Source: Methanothermococcus sp. Ax23
GTDB taxonomy: Archaea; AGJL01; Methanococci; Methanococcales; Methanococcaceae
DNA length: 64,000 nt
Direction of reading: 5' to 3'
Assembly (NCBI RefSeq): GCF_049075655.1
Contig: NZ_CP157522.1
Coordinates: 704,001-768,000 of the forward strand
Numbering within the stretch: position 1 is the stretch's first letter; the number at the start of each line of letters is the position of its first letter. Positions 52,435-61,965 of this stretch are shown piece after piece. Both the position numbers and the translations under genes were made by a program. The notes under the pieces are model-generated. The model made no database searches, was not told the origin of the DNA, and worked only from the letters and a program-made list of their open reading frames with translations.

Positions 52435-53424
52435 TTGGAATTAATTACAAGGGAAGAATCAAAAACAAATTATGAATATGGTTGTAATCCATACAACAGA
52501 CCTATATGTGAGCTCTTACAAAACGGTCTTGTTGTAATCGATAAACCATCTGGACCTACATCTCATGAGGTTTCATCATGGGTAAAAAAGATACTAAAAC
52601 TGAACCTTGCAGGACATGCTGGAACCCTTGACCCTAAGGTAACGGGAGTTTTACCTGTTGCACTTGAAAATACAACAAAATGCATACCAATTTGGCATAT
52701 GCTTCCAAAGGAGTATGTGTGCTTAATGCACCTTCATAGAGATGCAGAAGAAGAGGATATAAAACGTATTTTTAAGGAATTTACAGGAAGGATATTTCAA
52801 AGACCACCATTAAAGGCGGCTGTGAAGAGAAGTTTAAGAATAAGAAAAATATACGAGCTCAAAATTCTTGAAATGGATAGAAGGGATATTTTATTTAAGG
52901 TAAGATGCCAATCTGGAACATATATAAGAACACTTGCGGAAGATATTGGAGAAGCACTTGGAACATCGGCTCATATGCAGGAGCTCAGGCGAACTAAAAG
53001 CGGACCCTTTGGAGAAGATGAAGCTGTTTATTTGCAGGATTTGGCTGATGCCTACATATTTTGGAAAGAAGAGGGGGACGAGGAAGAGCTGAGAAAAATA
53101 GTAAAACCTATGGAATACGGACTTCAACACTTAAAAAAGATTGTAATAAAAGATAGTGCTGTGGATGCAGTTTGTCATGGTGCGGATGTATATTTGAACG
53201 GTATTGCAAAACTTAGTAAAGGAATAGGCATTGATGAGACTGTTTTAATAGAGACCTTAAAGGGAGAGGCAGTGGCAATAGGGAAGGCATTATTAAGCAC
53301 AAAAAATATATTAAAAGAGACAGAATATAACAATCCAGTAGTGGATACTGAAAGGGTGTTGATGAAGCCCGGAACATATCCAAGAATGTGGAAAACGAAA
53401 AAAGGTAAAAGTAAGAAAAAATAA
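52435..53424 (+). CDS. cbf5: RNA-guided pseudouridine synthase Cbf5/TruB
   Basis: DKPSGPTSH, GHAGTLDP, GTYIR, ELRR, PUA domain; TTG start. Confidence 0.95.
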   Translation: MELITREESKTNYEYGCNPYNRPICELLQNGLVVIDKPSGPTSHEVSSWVKKILKLNLAGHAGTLDPKVTGVLPVALENTTKCIPIWHMLPKEYVCLMHLHRDAEEEDIKRIFKEFTGRIFQRPPLKAAVKRSLRIRKIYELKILEMDRRDILFKVRCQSGTYIRTLAEDIGEALGTSAHMQELRRTKSGPFGEDEAVYLQDLADAYIFWKEEGDEEELRKIVKPMEYGLQHLKKIVIKDSAVDAVCHGADVYLNGIAKLSKGIGIDETVLIETLKGEAVAIGKALLSTKNILKETEYNNPVVDTERVLMKPGTYPRMWKTKKGKSKKK

Positions 53425-53452
53425 AATCAAACTAAAAAAATATGGTGATATT

Positions 53453-53653
53453 ATGAAAATAGAAATAAATGAAAACTACTGCAAAGGCTGTGATATCTGC
53501 ATATTTGTGTGCCCAAGAGATGTTTTTGTGAAATCCGATAAATTGAACAAAAAAGGAGTTTATCCACCTATTGCGGAGAATCCTGAAAAATGCACAAATT
53601 GTCAATTATGCGTTTTACAGTGTCCTGACCAGGCAATAACTGTTGAAGAATAA
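53453..53653 (+). CDS. 2x[4Fe-4S] ferredoxin (2-oxoacid oxidoreductase delta-like)
   Basis: CKGCDIC...CP and CTNCQLC...CPD. Confidence 0.9.
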   Translation: MKIEINENYCKGCDICIFVCPRDVFVKSDKLNKKGVYPPIAENPEKCTNCQLCVLQCPDQAITVEE

Positions 53654-53674
53654 TAAAAATAAAAAAGGAATATT

Positions 53675-54364
53675 ATGGAATATGGTATAGCCACAAAATT
53701 AAGCAAAATAAATAACGATTATTCCGAACTTTTAGAACTCAATAAAACCATCAGTTCTAATTTTGATTATCATGTAATTGATGCGGAGCTCCTACCACTT
53801 ACCGATGAAAATATTTTAAACAATCTAAAAAAATGTGTTTTAACAATCCAAAGTAAAAGGAAGGATGCCTTTGAACTGCTTGAATTATATTCTTCCTATG
53901 ATTTTGATATATGTGTGGTGCTTGGAAATAATTTTTATCTATCTGAGGAAGAATCAAAATTGAAAAGAGATATAATTTTGAAAGTAATTAATAAAGCATT
54001 GGATAGATGCAGTAATAAAATATGGATAGGCACAGAAGGCGTTGAAGATATTGTAAAAAATGTCATTGAGGAAAATGATTTAATTGCCTATTATGTTTAT
54101 GGTGGAAAACATCCCCATATTAATTCAAAAAAAGCGGTTTATGCCCCTTTTGCAAATACCATTGATAAGGAAATACTTGAATCTATGAAAAATTATCTCA
54201 ATAGGAGAAAGAAATATAATGGAAATTATAATGATTTCATACTTTCTTTGGATAACCTTACAAAAAAGGAATTAAAAAATAAAAATGATATTATAATTGG
54301 ATATCCGATAAATAATGATGCCAATGAAATAGTTAATTTTAGAAAATATTTCAATGATATTTAA
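53675..54364 (+). CDS. Hypothetical protein
   Basis: 229-aa ORF with genome-typical codon use; no family recognised. Confidence 0.7.
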   Translation: MEYGIATKLSKINNDYSELLELNKTISSNFDYHVIDAELLPLTDENILNNLKKCVLTIQSKRKDAFELLELYSSYDFDICVVLGNNFYLSEEESKLKRDIILKVINKALDRCSNKIWIGTEGVEDIVKNVIEENDLIAYYVYGGKHPHINSKKAVYAPFANTIDKEILESMKNYLNRRKKYNGNYNDFILSLDNLTKKELKNKNDIIIGYPINNDANEIVNFRKYFNDI

Positions 54365-54921
54365 TTTTTAACAGCTTTCATAAATCTATCTTTTATAACA
54401 ATTGGGTGAATTGGAATGTTTTCTGTTTTTTCGTTATAAGGTATTGCCTTAGCAACAATTACCTTTGTTTTATTTTCATTTAGTGATTTTTTAATTACTT
54501 CCCTTAGTTCTTTTTCATCAGATACCTCTACGGCATCAATTCCACATGCCTGTGCTATTTTGCATAGATTTGTGCCATTTGTATGGGTTGGTTGGTTTCC
54601 TGTTGAACCGTAGGCAGAGTTATCCACAATCAATAGTATAAAATTGTCTGGTTTTGTGTGTCCTATTGTAGATAAAGAACCTAAATTCATTAGAACCGAA
54701 CCATCCCCATCTATTGATATTACCTTTTTATCTGTGGATAGGGCCAAACCTAGACCTATGGAAGAACATAATCCCATTGAGCCCAACATATAAAAATTTT
54801 CTTTTCTATCTTTTACATGATAGAGCTCCTTACTTGGAAATCCTATATTGCTTATTACCAACTCATCTTCCACATATTCCATTAAAATTTTTATTATATC
54901 GATTCTTCTTAATTTTTGCAA
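54361..54921 (-). CDS. comE: Sulfopyruvate decarboxylase beta subunit
   Basis: SNIGFPSKEL, FYMLGSMG, TPP motif DGDGS...DN..YGSTG.Q; TTG start. Confidence 0.9.
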   Translation of the reverse strand: MQKLRRIDIIKILMEYVEDELVISNIGFPSKELYHVKDRKENFYMLGSMGLCSSIGLGLALSTDKKVISIDGDGSVLMNLGSLSTIGHTKPDNFILLIVDNSAYGSTGNQPTHTNGTNLCKIAQACGIDAVEVSDEKELREVIKKSLNENKTKVIVAKAIPYNEKTENIPIHPIVIKDRFMKAVKN

Positions 54922-54960
54922 ATTACCACCTAATTTTAAATATATTTTATTATGGATTAT

Positions 54961-55632
54961 TTATTTGTATTTTTCAATAATCTCTTTTAAATCCAGAATA
55001 CCTCTATGAATTGCAGTGGCTATCAGCACACCCTGAGCTCCTAAATCATAAGCATCTTTTAAGTCATTTTTATCTTTTATTCCACCGCCTATATAAATAG
55101 GGTTGTTTGTTTTATCTATTATATTTTTTATCAATTCTTTATTAATTCCCTTTTCAGTTCCAACAGATGATATATCCAATATAATTAACGGAATATTTTT
55201 ATTAATATTTCCCAATATGTCGTTTAGCTCATAATTTAATAATTTCCCATCTTTGAAATCCAAACTTAAAATAATGTTCTTATCATTTAAAATAGTTAAG
55301 TCATCTAATGTCTCTGTTCCAACAATTAATTTATCACAAATATTTAGGTTTCTCATATATTCTATATCTTTTTTAGTGCTTATTCCAGCATCTACAATTT
55401 TATAAATGTCGAGCTCCCTAATAATATTAAAATTATTTCCATTTTTCATTATGGCATCTAAATCAGCAATATATACTTTTTCTGCTCCATTTTCTTTATA
55501 TTTTTCTATTATGTCAATAGGATTTGATGAATCGCATAAAACAGTTTTTAAGGGTTTATATGTTTCTCTATTTCCGCTTTTCCCATGAACTGCAATATTG
55601 TTCATTATGTCTATTACTGGGATAATTTCCAT
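54961..55632 (-). CDS. HisA/HisF-related TIM-barrel protein
   Basis: IIPVID, YIADLDAI, LDISSVGT..G, GGGI, ATAIH. Confidence 0.85.
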   Translation of the reverse strand: MEIIPVIDIMNNIAVHGKSGNRETYKPLKTVLCDSSNPIDIIEKYKENGAEKVYIADLDAIMKNGNNFNIIRELDIYKIVDAGISTKKDIEYMRNLNICDKLIVGTETLDDLTILNDKNIILSLDFKDGKLLNYELNDILGNINKNIPLIILDISSVGTEKGINKELIKNIIDKTNNPIYIGGGIKDKNDLKDAYDLGAQGVLIATAIHRGILDLKEIIEKYK

Positions 55633-55836
55633 GACTACCCACCTTATAGCTTTAAATTTTTAAATTTTAAAAATTGATTTTTTTAGATTTTATACTTTAT
55701 TTATTTTTAAAGATTTGCCCATTACACTCGATAATCATAATACTAAAATTCTTAAATATATAAATATAAACTACTAAAATCCATACTATATAACCTAAAA
55801 TTAAATCATTAAAAAAGATTTTTTAATAATAAAGAA

Positions 55837-55869
55837 TTTGAAGAGTCCCAAAAAGGGTTCCTCTTCAAA
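55837..55869 (-). ncRNA. Archaeal SECIS element (3-prime UTR of fwuB)
   Basis: TTTGAAGAG-GAA-CCC-TTTTT-GGG-A-CTCTTCAAA: GAA/A internal loop with C-G apical stem. Confidence 0.85.
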
Positions 55870-55964
55870 GCAAAAACATTTTAATATTTTACAGGATTAG
55901 GATACCAGTTTGCAATATAGTTAGTTAGTATTTTAGTATTTACGATATTATATTACTTATTGAA

Positions 55965-57272
55965 TTACATCATTTCATCGACTTTTTTCATCAACATTTT
56001 GATGATTTCTCTATCAGGTAAAAGTCCTTCTGGTGCATCAATTACCTTTTTGAGCTCTATTGGAACACCATCCATCCTATAAGCGGTTCCTTCGACTTCA
56101 ACACCTGCTATTGCAGGAGGGATTATGATGTTTGCCAATTCAGTAGTCGGTGTTTGGTGAGGGTCAATACATACCAGAGGGATTCTTGCCATGTGTTTAA
56201 CTGCTTTTTGTGGGAAGTGAGCTCCTGGGTCAGATGCTATGTTAAGCATCATGTCAGTTTCTTCCCTTTGGAGGAGGTCATTTGCACAGGTTTCCCCAGG
56301 GTTGTATCTTGGATATCCTTTTGAGAAATCAACACCGAATGGATAACCAGTAATCCATGTGGAAACTTGGTTGAACCCATTCACATTGTAGTGCCCTCTC
56401 ATCGGCATCAATCCGAATTTTGTGTGGGCATTTAGGTCAATGATTAGCTCAATTGCGTTATCGACATTTCTGTGCTTTCCTCTGGACATTGTTACTCCCA
56501 TGGCAAAGAATAACTCCCCAAACTGAGCGTTTTTACAGATGTCCATTGCTTCGTAGATTGTTTCAGTAGGAACACCTGCAACTTCATCCACTTCTAATTC
56601 GAAGCCCTTCAATACTGCCCTCATAGCACTTACTAATTCATAGTCTTTATGAGGTTCGATTTGTAAATGGATATCTGCTAATTTCGCAGTGTCTGTCTTT
56701 CTTGGGTCTACAACAATCATTGTTCTGTCGTGTCTTCCTCTTTCTCTGAAAAACCCTCTGGCAAACACCGAATATCTACTCATATGTCTTGGGTGAGCAT
56801 GCATAGGGTTTGAACCCCAGAATATGACAACATCAGCTCTGTTTTTAACTTCTCCGCAGGTGCAAACTGGGTATCCTACATCCTGTAAAGCCAATACGGA
56901 AGGTCCGTGTCAAACACTAGCTGTGTTATCCAATACTGCCCCTATTTTTTCACCGAGCTCAACTGCTGCTTGGTGAGCATGGCATTCTGTCGCTGAGAAT
57001 CCATACATTAAAGGAAGTTTTGATTCAACTAATAATCTTGCAGTTTCTTCTATTGCAGTTTCGTAATCGGTTTTTTTGAAATCATCTTTTTTGTTCTCTC
57101 TCATTACAGGTTCTGTATATCTTACAGCACCTTCAAAATGTAAAAATTTTGCATTTCCTATTCTACAAGCATTCTTTGTTCCGACTATGTGACCATGTTC
57201 AACCATAATTTCTAAGTCGTCACAAAGGGTGCCGCAGAATGGACATACAACATTCTTTACTATTTCTACCAA
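55965..57272 (-). CDS. fwuB: Formylmethanofuran dehydrogenase subunit B, selenocysteine form (Sec UGA at 56910-56912)
   Basis: Two track ORFs are in frame across TGA in NTASV-U-HGPS; [10 protein letters not shown]; downstream SECIS. Confidence 0.93.
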
Positions 57273-57327
57273 ATAAATCACCCCGCTTAGGGTATGTAAT
57301 ATTTTTTATATTATTAATTGCTGTTTT

Positions 57328-58476
57328 TTATCGCAATTCTAAAACTTTCTTTTTCTCTGCCTCTGCACATGAGAGGCAAAGGAGACACATGACACAGTAT
57401 CCTTTCAATGGGATTTTACCTTTACTTAATTTCAAAGTGTCCATTGGACATACTTCAACACATTTTCCACATTTATCACATAAGTGTGGGCTGAATTCTA
57501 TTCTGTTGTAGTCCTTTCCATTGTGATTTATTGAGCCCATCTTCAAAGCACCAGTTGGACATGCCACAGTGCATGCTCCACAAACTATACACATTTTTAT
57601 GGTTTTTGATTTTTTATCTGCAACTATGGCGTCTGTTGGACATACTTTTGCACATTTTTCCAATATATCGTAATCCTTCTCAATTATTACGAGACCTTCA
57701 TCTGTAATTGGATGAGCAGATTCGTATTTTACATCAAGTGTTAAAGCATCCACTGGACAGATATTCACACACAAATTACATGCTGGACATGCCACTGGAG
57801 TTTCAATCACAAGGTTTTCGTTATCAACTTTAATCATATTGCCAGGACATATTTCAGCACATTTGATACATCCAATACATTTTTCAGTATCCACTTCGAA
57901 TTTTAAGATTTCCTTCTTCCTCTTTTTAGGAATCTTTCCAGCGACAAATATTGCATTCCATGGACATGTCTGAGCACAAAGTGAGCAGTATATACATTTA
58001 TTCTTATCCACAACTGCTTTACCGTCTTCCATAGTAATAGCATCTACTGGACATACTGGAACGCACACTTCACACCCAACACAGGCATCAGTAACTGCTA
58101 TTGGGTCCTTTGGAATGTTTATTTCTTTTTTAGGTTTTTCTACCAGTCCTGGGATTGATATAATTTCAATCGGACATACTTCAACACATTTTTTACATAA
58201 AACACAGTGTCCCTTTGAGTATGGGAATGTATCATCTACTTTCTTTATCTTTGTTGGGCACACTTCTGCACATGCCCCACATTTTTTACATTTTGTTGGA
58301 TTGTAGTTTATCTTATCATCCAATTCTGACAAAGCCCCTGTTGGACACACCTGCGTACACTGCATACACAAGGTGCATGTCTTAAAGGGGGCTATCTCTA
58401 TGGCATCTGTTGGACAGACCGCCGCACATGCATTACACACTAAGCATGCATCCTCTTGAATCTTTATTCCTTCCAA
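57328..58476 (-). CDS. vhuB: Polyferredoxin of F420-nonreducing hydrogenase
   Basis: Many CxxCxxCxxxCP motifs; operon position; TTG start. Confidence 0.9.
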   Translation of the reverse strand: MEGIKIQEDACLVCNACAAVCPTDAIEIAPFKTCTLCMQCTQVCPTGALSELDDKINYNPTKCKKCGACAEVCPTKIKKVDDTFPYSKGHCVLCKKCVEVCPIEIISIPGLVEKPKKEINIPKDPIAVTDACVGCEVCVPVCPVDAITMEDGKAVVDKNKCIYCSLCAQTCPWNAIFVAGKIPKKRKKEILKFEVDTEKCIGCIKCAEICPGNMIKVDNENLVIETPVACPACNLCVNICPVDALTLDVKYESAHPITDEGLVIIEKDYDILEKCAKVCPTDAIVADKKSKTIKMCIVCGACTVACPTGALKMGSINHNGKDYNRIEFSPHLCDKCGKCVEVCPMDTLKLSKGKIPLKGYCVMCLLCLSCAEAEKKKVLELR

Positions 58477-58592
58477 TGTAAAACCCCCGTTGATTTTTTG
58501 AGTAATAAAACCGAAGGTTTATTTTTTTTCATCCTCCGGCTATACGAGGAGTATTTTTTTAAGTTGTAATTTACCTCCTGCATAGAAGGCAT

Positions 58593-58629
58593 CTCCTGCA
58601 ACCTCCCTTTATGGGTTCGGTTGAAGGAG
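58593..58629 (-). ncRNA. Archaeal SECIS element (3-prime UTR of vhuU)
   Basis: CAACC-GAA-CCC-ATAAA-GGG-A-GGTTG. Confidence 0.88.
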
Positions 58630-58630
58630 T

Positions 58631-58768
58631 TTATTCATCTTTAACTAATTCAAATATCACTTCGCCCTTTTCATTTTTAACTATCATGTGGGCAGCACAT
58701 GAGTATCATGGGTCGTAAGCTCTTAAAACGATTTCTATCAAATTCAATTTTTTTTCATCTATTTCCAT
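58631..58768 (-). CDS. vhuU: [NiFeSe]-hydrogenase small peptide subunit (Sec UGA at 58706-58708), missing from ORF track
   Basis: [27 protein letters not shown] + cleavable tail, 45 aa; SECIS immediately downstream. Confidence 0.93.
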
Positions 58769-58863
58769 ACCTATCACCAAAGGAATGGGGGATAATTTAT
58801 TAATGAATATTATTAATTTATCGATATACTATATTTTAAATTTTGTTCTTTTAATTTTATTAA

Positions 58864-60120
58864 TTATTTAAATATCTCTGTCGCAGCCTGCTGAATCGCT
58901 TTTTCCATTGTAGGCACATTGTGTGTTGATGCTACAATCATATTTGCCTTTACAACAATTCCATTGTCGTCTGTTTCATAATTGTGTATTAAAATTCCTC
59001 TTGGAGCCTCTACGACTCCAACACCATTTCCTGCCTTTGGCTCTACTTCCGCTTTTACATCTGTTGATGTAATTTCACTGTCGTTTAAGAGTTCTTTGGT
59101 TCTTTCACATGCTGCAAGCACTTCTATCAATCTTGCATGGTTGTATGCCAAAGACTGGTTTGCTGGATTTCCAAATATCTCTGCAAATTCTTTTCTAGCT
59201 TCTTCTGCTAGTGGTGTTGCCATACTGTCACATACATTCATCATTGCCAATGGACCTACTCTGTAAAGACCTTCTGGATATCCAACTTTTTTGTTGTATG
59301 GGTATTTTGAGTAAGTATGTGGTTCAGTATGTTCTCCAATATAATCTAAGTACTCATCAGGTTTGAATTCCATTTTTTCTTTACCATCTGGTGAAACAAA
59401 CCTAAGGGTGTCATCATAGAAGTTATGTTTGCCATCTTTTACCATACCTAAATACCATGTATCGATTACACCCAAAGATTTTACTTCGTCCATATACTGT
59501 TCATTTAATGATTTTATCAAGTCTATACCATCTTTCGCATATTCAATCATTGTGTCTATTTCTTGTAAGAATTCGTCTCTCTCTTCTTCTTTTAATACCT
59601 TGGAGATTCCACCAGGTATTCCAGAAACTGGGTGGATAGGTCTTCCTCCGATTTTTTCAACTAATGTCTGACCGAATTTTCTTAATGCTATTGCTTTTTT
59701 AGCTACTTCGGGAGCTTTATCTATGACTCCAACTATATTTCTAACAGCAGGGTCTGCATCTGGACCCAATACGAAGTCAGGAGCTGCCAAGTAGTAAAAA
59801 TGCAATGCATGGCTGTGTATCATATTACCCATATGCATTAATTCCCTAAGTTTGTTAGCTGCGCTTGGTATTTCTGCTCCCCATGCTGCATCAACTGCCT
59901 TAACACTTGCAAGGTGGTGAGCTGTCTGACATATACCACAAATTCTTGGAACAATTCTTGGAACTTCTTCAGCAGGTCTCCCTACAACAAACTGCTCAAA
60001 CCCTCTTAGTGCAGTAATATGCAACTTAACATCTTTTGGTTTTCCTGACTCATCCAATGTAATTGTAACTTTTCCATGCCCTTCAACACGGCTTAATGGT
60101 TCTATTGTAATTTTGCCCAT
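58864..60120 (-). CDS. vhuA: F420-nonreducing hydrogenase large subunit (C-terminal motif supplied by VhuU)
   Basis: RVEGH, RICGIC, EAPRG; lacks DPCxxC. Confidence 0.94.
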   Translation of the reverse strand: MGKITIEPLSRVEGHGKVTITLDESGKPKDVKLHITALRGFEQFVVGRPAEEVPRIVPRICGICQTAHHLASVKAVDAAWGAEIPSAANKLRELMHMGNMIHSHALHFYYLAAPDFVLGPDADPAVRNIVGVIDKAPEVAKKAIALRKFGQTLVEKIGGRPIHPVSGIPGGISKVLKEEERDEFLQEIDTMIEYAKDGIDLIKSLNEQYMDEVKSLGVIDTWYLGMVKDGKHNFYDDTLRFVSPDGKEKMEFKPDEYLDYIGEHTEPHTYSKYPYNKKVGYPEGLYRVGPLAMMNVCDSMATPLAEEARKEFAEIFGNPANQSLAYNHARLIEVLAACERTKELLNDSEITSTDVKAEVEPKAGNGVGVVEAPRGILIHNYETDDNGIVVKANMIVASTHNVPTMEKAIQQAATEIFK

Positions 60121-60174
60121 TTAGAGTCACCATATTTTACTTTATTATGTTATATTATTAAATTCAAATGTTTA

Positions 60175-61041
60175 TTATTTTTCTACTTTTTTGGATATCA
60201 ATGCAGCAGCCATTGAAAACCTATTGAATAATGCCACTTTATCTGTAATTTCTAAAGCTGCATCTCCTGAAGCCGCATATGCATTTGCTGCCGCAGCTCC
60301 CTGGTCAAGGACTGCATCTGTTTTTCCAAAGCATCCTCTACATGGCACACCTGAATTTGGGCACATTGCCCCACATCCTGCCCTTGTAGCCATACCTATG
60401 CAGGTATATCCCTGTTCAAATAAACATCTTTCAGGGTCTGGCGTTCCTTCAAATGTCCTTTTAAATTTCTCAGGATATGTCCCTTCTTTTTTCCTTGGGC
60501 ATTCATCACATACAATTTTTGTTGATATTTGAGGTTCTCTCCCTTCCAAAAGTGCAACAATAACTTCTGCGTTATGTTCTGGTTTTGGAGGACATCCCGG
60601 CAATACTAAATCAACCTTTATTATATCAGATACCGGCTTTACAGTATCTAATAATTCAGGCACACAATCATTTGGAACTTCACCCGGGTTATCTGATGAT
60701 TCTGTTGAATAAGCCTCTTTCATGAGATTTTCTTTTGAATACAAATTGCCAAGTGCAGGAATACCACCAAATGCCGCACAAGTTCCCCATGCAACTACTA
60801 TTTTTGATTTCTCTCTAATTTCTTCAATGAGATGTTTATCATGTTCGTTCCGAGCTCCGCCTTCAATACAGAACACATCAATGCCATCAGGAATCTCTTT
60901 TGCATCTGCCACAATAGGTGCATAAACTATCTCCAAGTTTGGAAGGACATCGAGCAGTTTTTCATGCAAATCCAATAATGACATGTGGCATCCAGAACAT
61001 CCGCATAACTGTATCAGTCCTATTTTAACCTTGTCTGCCAT
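60175..61041 (-). CDS. vhuG: F420-nonreducing hydrogenase small subunit
   Basis: CSGC, GTCA, PGCPP, PCRGC. Confidence 0.94.
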   Translation of the reverse strand: MADKVKIGLIQLCGCSGCHMSLLDLHEKLLDVLPNLEIVYAPIVADAKEIPDGIDVFCIEGGARNEHDKHLIEEIREKSKIVVAWGTCAAFGGIPALGNLYSKENLMKEAYSTESSDNPGEVPNDCVPELLDTVKPVSDIIKVDLVLPGCPPKPEHNAEVIVALLEGREPQISTKIVCDECPRKKEGTYPEKFKRTFEGTPDPERCLFEQGYTCIGMATRAGCGAMCPNSGVPCRGCFGKTDAVLDQGAAAANAYAASGDAALEITDKVALFNRFSMAAALISKKVEK

Positions 61042-61080
61042 TTAATCACCCAATATATGGAATAAAATTTAAAAAAGTAA

Positions 61081-61560
61081 TTACCTCCCACATTGGAGGC
61101 AGTCATTCCACAGGTCCTTTCGGTTCCCCATGGAATTCATCCTTTTTATTACATTTAAGCTTTGAGAAGGGTTCGGACCTAATTTTTTAACTCTTTCAGT
61201 CATCTCATTTACAGCTTCAACGAACTTACCAGCATCAGCACCACTCATGAAGTACATTTCAATTCTCTCTCCGCCAATGCCGAGCTCGTCTAAAAGCTGT
61301 TTTGTGAGTTTGACCCTCTCTTCAGCTTTGAAGTTTCCGCTTTCGAATGCACATTCGTTAGGTTTTCACCCTGCAACGAATATTGCGTCAGCACCTTTTT
61401 GGAATGCCCTTAATGCGTAGGTAATGTCAAATTTACCTGTGCATGGCACTCTTATGGGTCTGACTGATGCAGGGTATTGCATTCTGCTTGTTCCAGCTAA
61501 ATCTGCTGCACCATATCCTCACTGGTAGCAGACAAATGCCATAATAACTGGTTCAGCCAT
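61081..61560 (-). CDS. vhuD: F420-nonreducing hydrogenase Fe-S subunit D with two Sec codons; as sequenced it has a frameshifted C-terminal extension (canonical stop would be 61155-61157)
   Basis: FVCYQ-U-GYGAADLAG, VPCTG, VAG-U-KPNECAF, VKKLGPNP; missing from ORF track. Confidence 0.9.
61105..61136 (-). ncRNA. Archaeal SECIS element for vhuD
   Basis: ATTCCATGGG-GAA-CC-GAAA-GG-A-CCTGTGGAAT. Confidence 0.85.
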
Positions 61561-61781
61561 GTTATCACCAGGTTTTTATCTTTTAATTAAACCCGAAGAG
61601 TCTTAATTTCTCAAAATCTCTCCGAGATTTTGCAATGGCAATAACATTTGCGAAATTTTTATTTCGCCTGATGTTATCGCCTTTTTTATTTAATTTTTAC
61701 GTTACTATTTTTTATTTTATTTTTATTTACAGTTATTTTAGATGATTGGTAAGACCATTAAGAGCAACATAGCTCCCATCA

Positions 61782-61812
61782 GCACCACCCTGGCAGAGCC
61801 TTCGGATGATGC
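61782..61812 (-). ncRNA. Archaeal SECIS element (3-prime UTR of hdrA)
   Basis: GCATCATCC-GAA-GGC-TCT-GCC-A-GGGTGGTGC. Confidence 0.87.
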
Positions 61813-61965
61813 CTCATCTGATGAATCTTAACCACCCTATTTATTATATGATTATTTTTGCTGAGGTATTGGTATTGAGAATTTTATTGTTTAAAGATTA
61901 ATTATTAATTTCAGAGTATGCCATTCCACAAGATGTTTTTTAGTTATTATTTGTTGATTTGTTTT

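Noticed and set aside
10237-54921. comD and comE located 44 kb apart as a novelty
   Set aside because: Unlinked biosynthetic genes are common in Methanococcales, and both genes are intact
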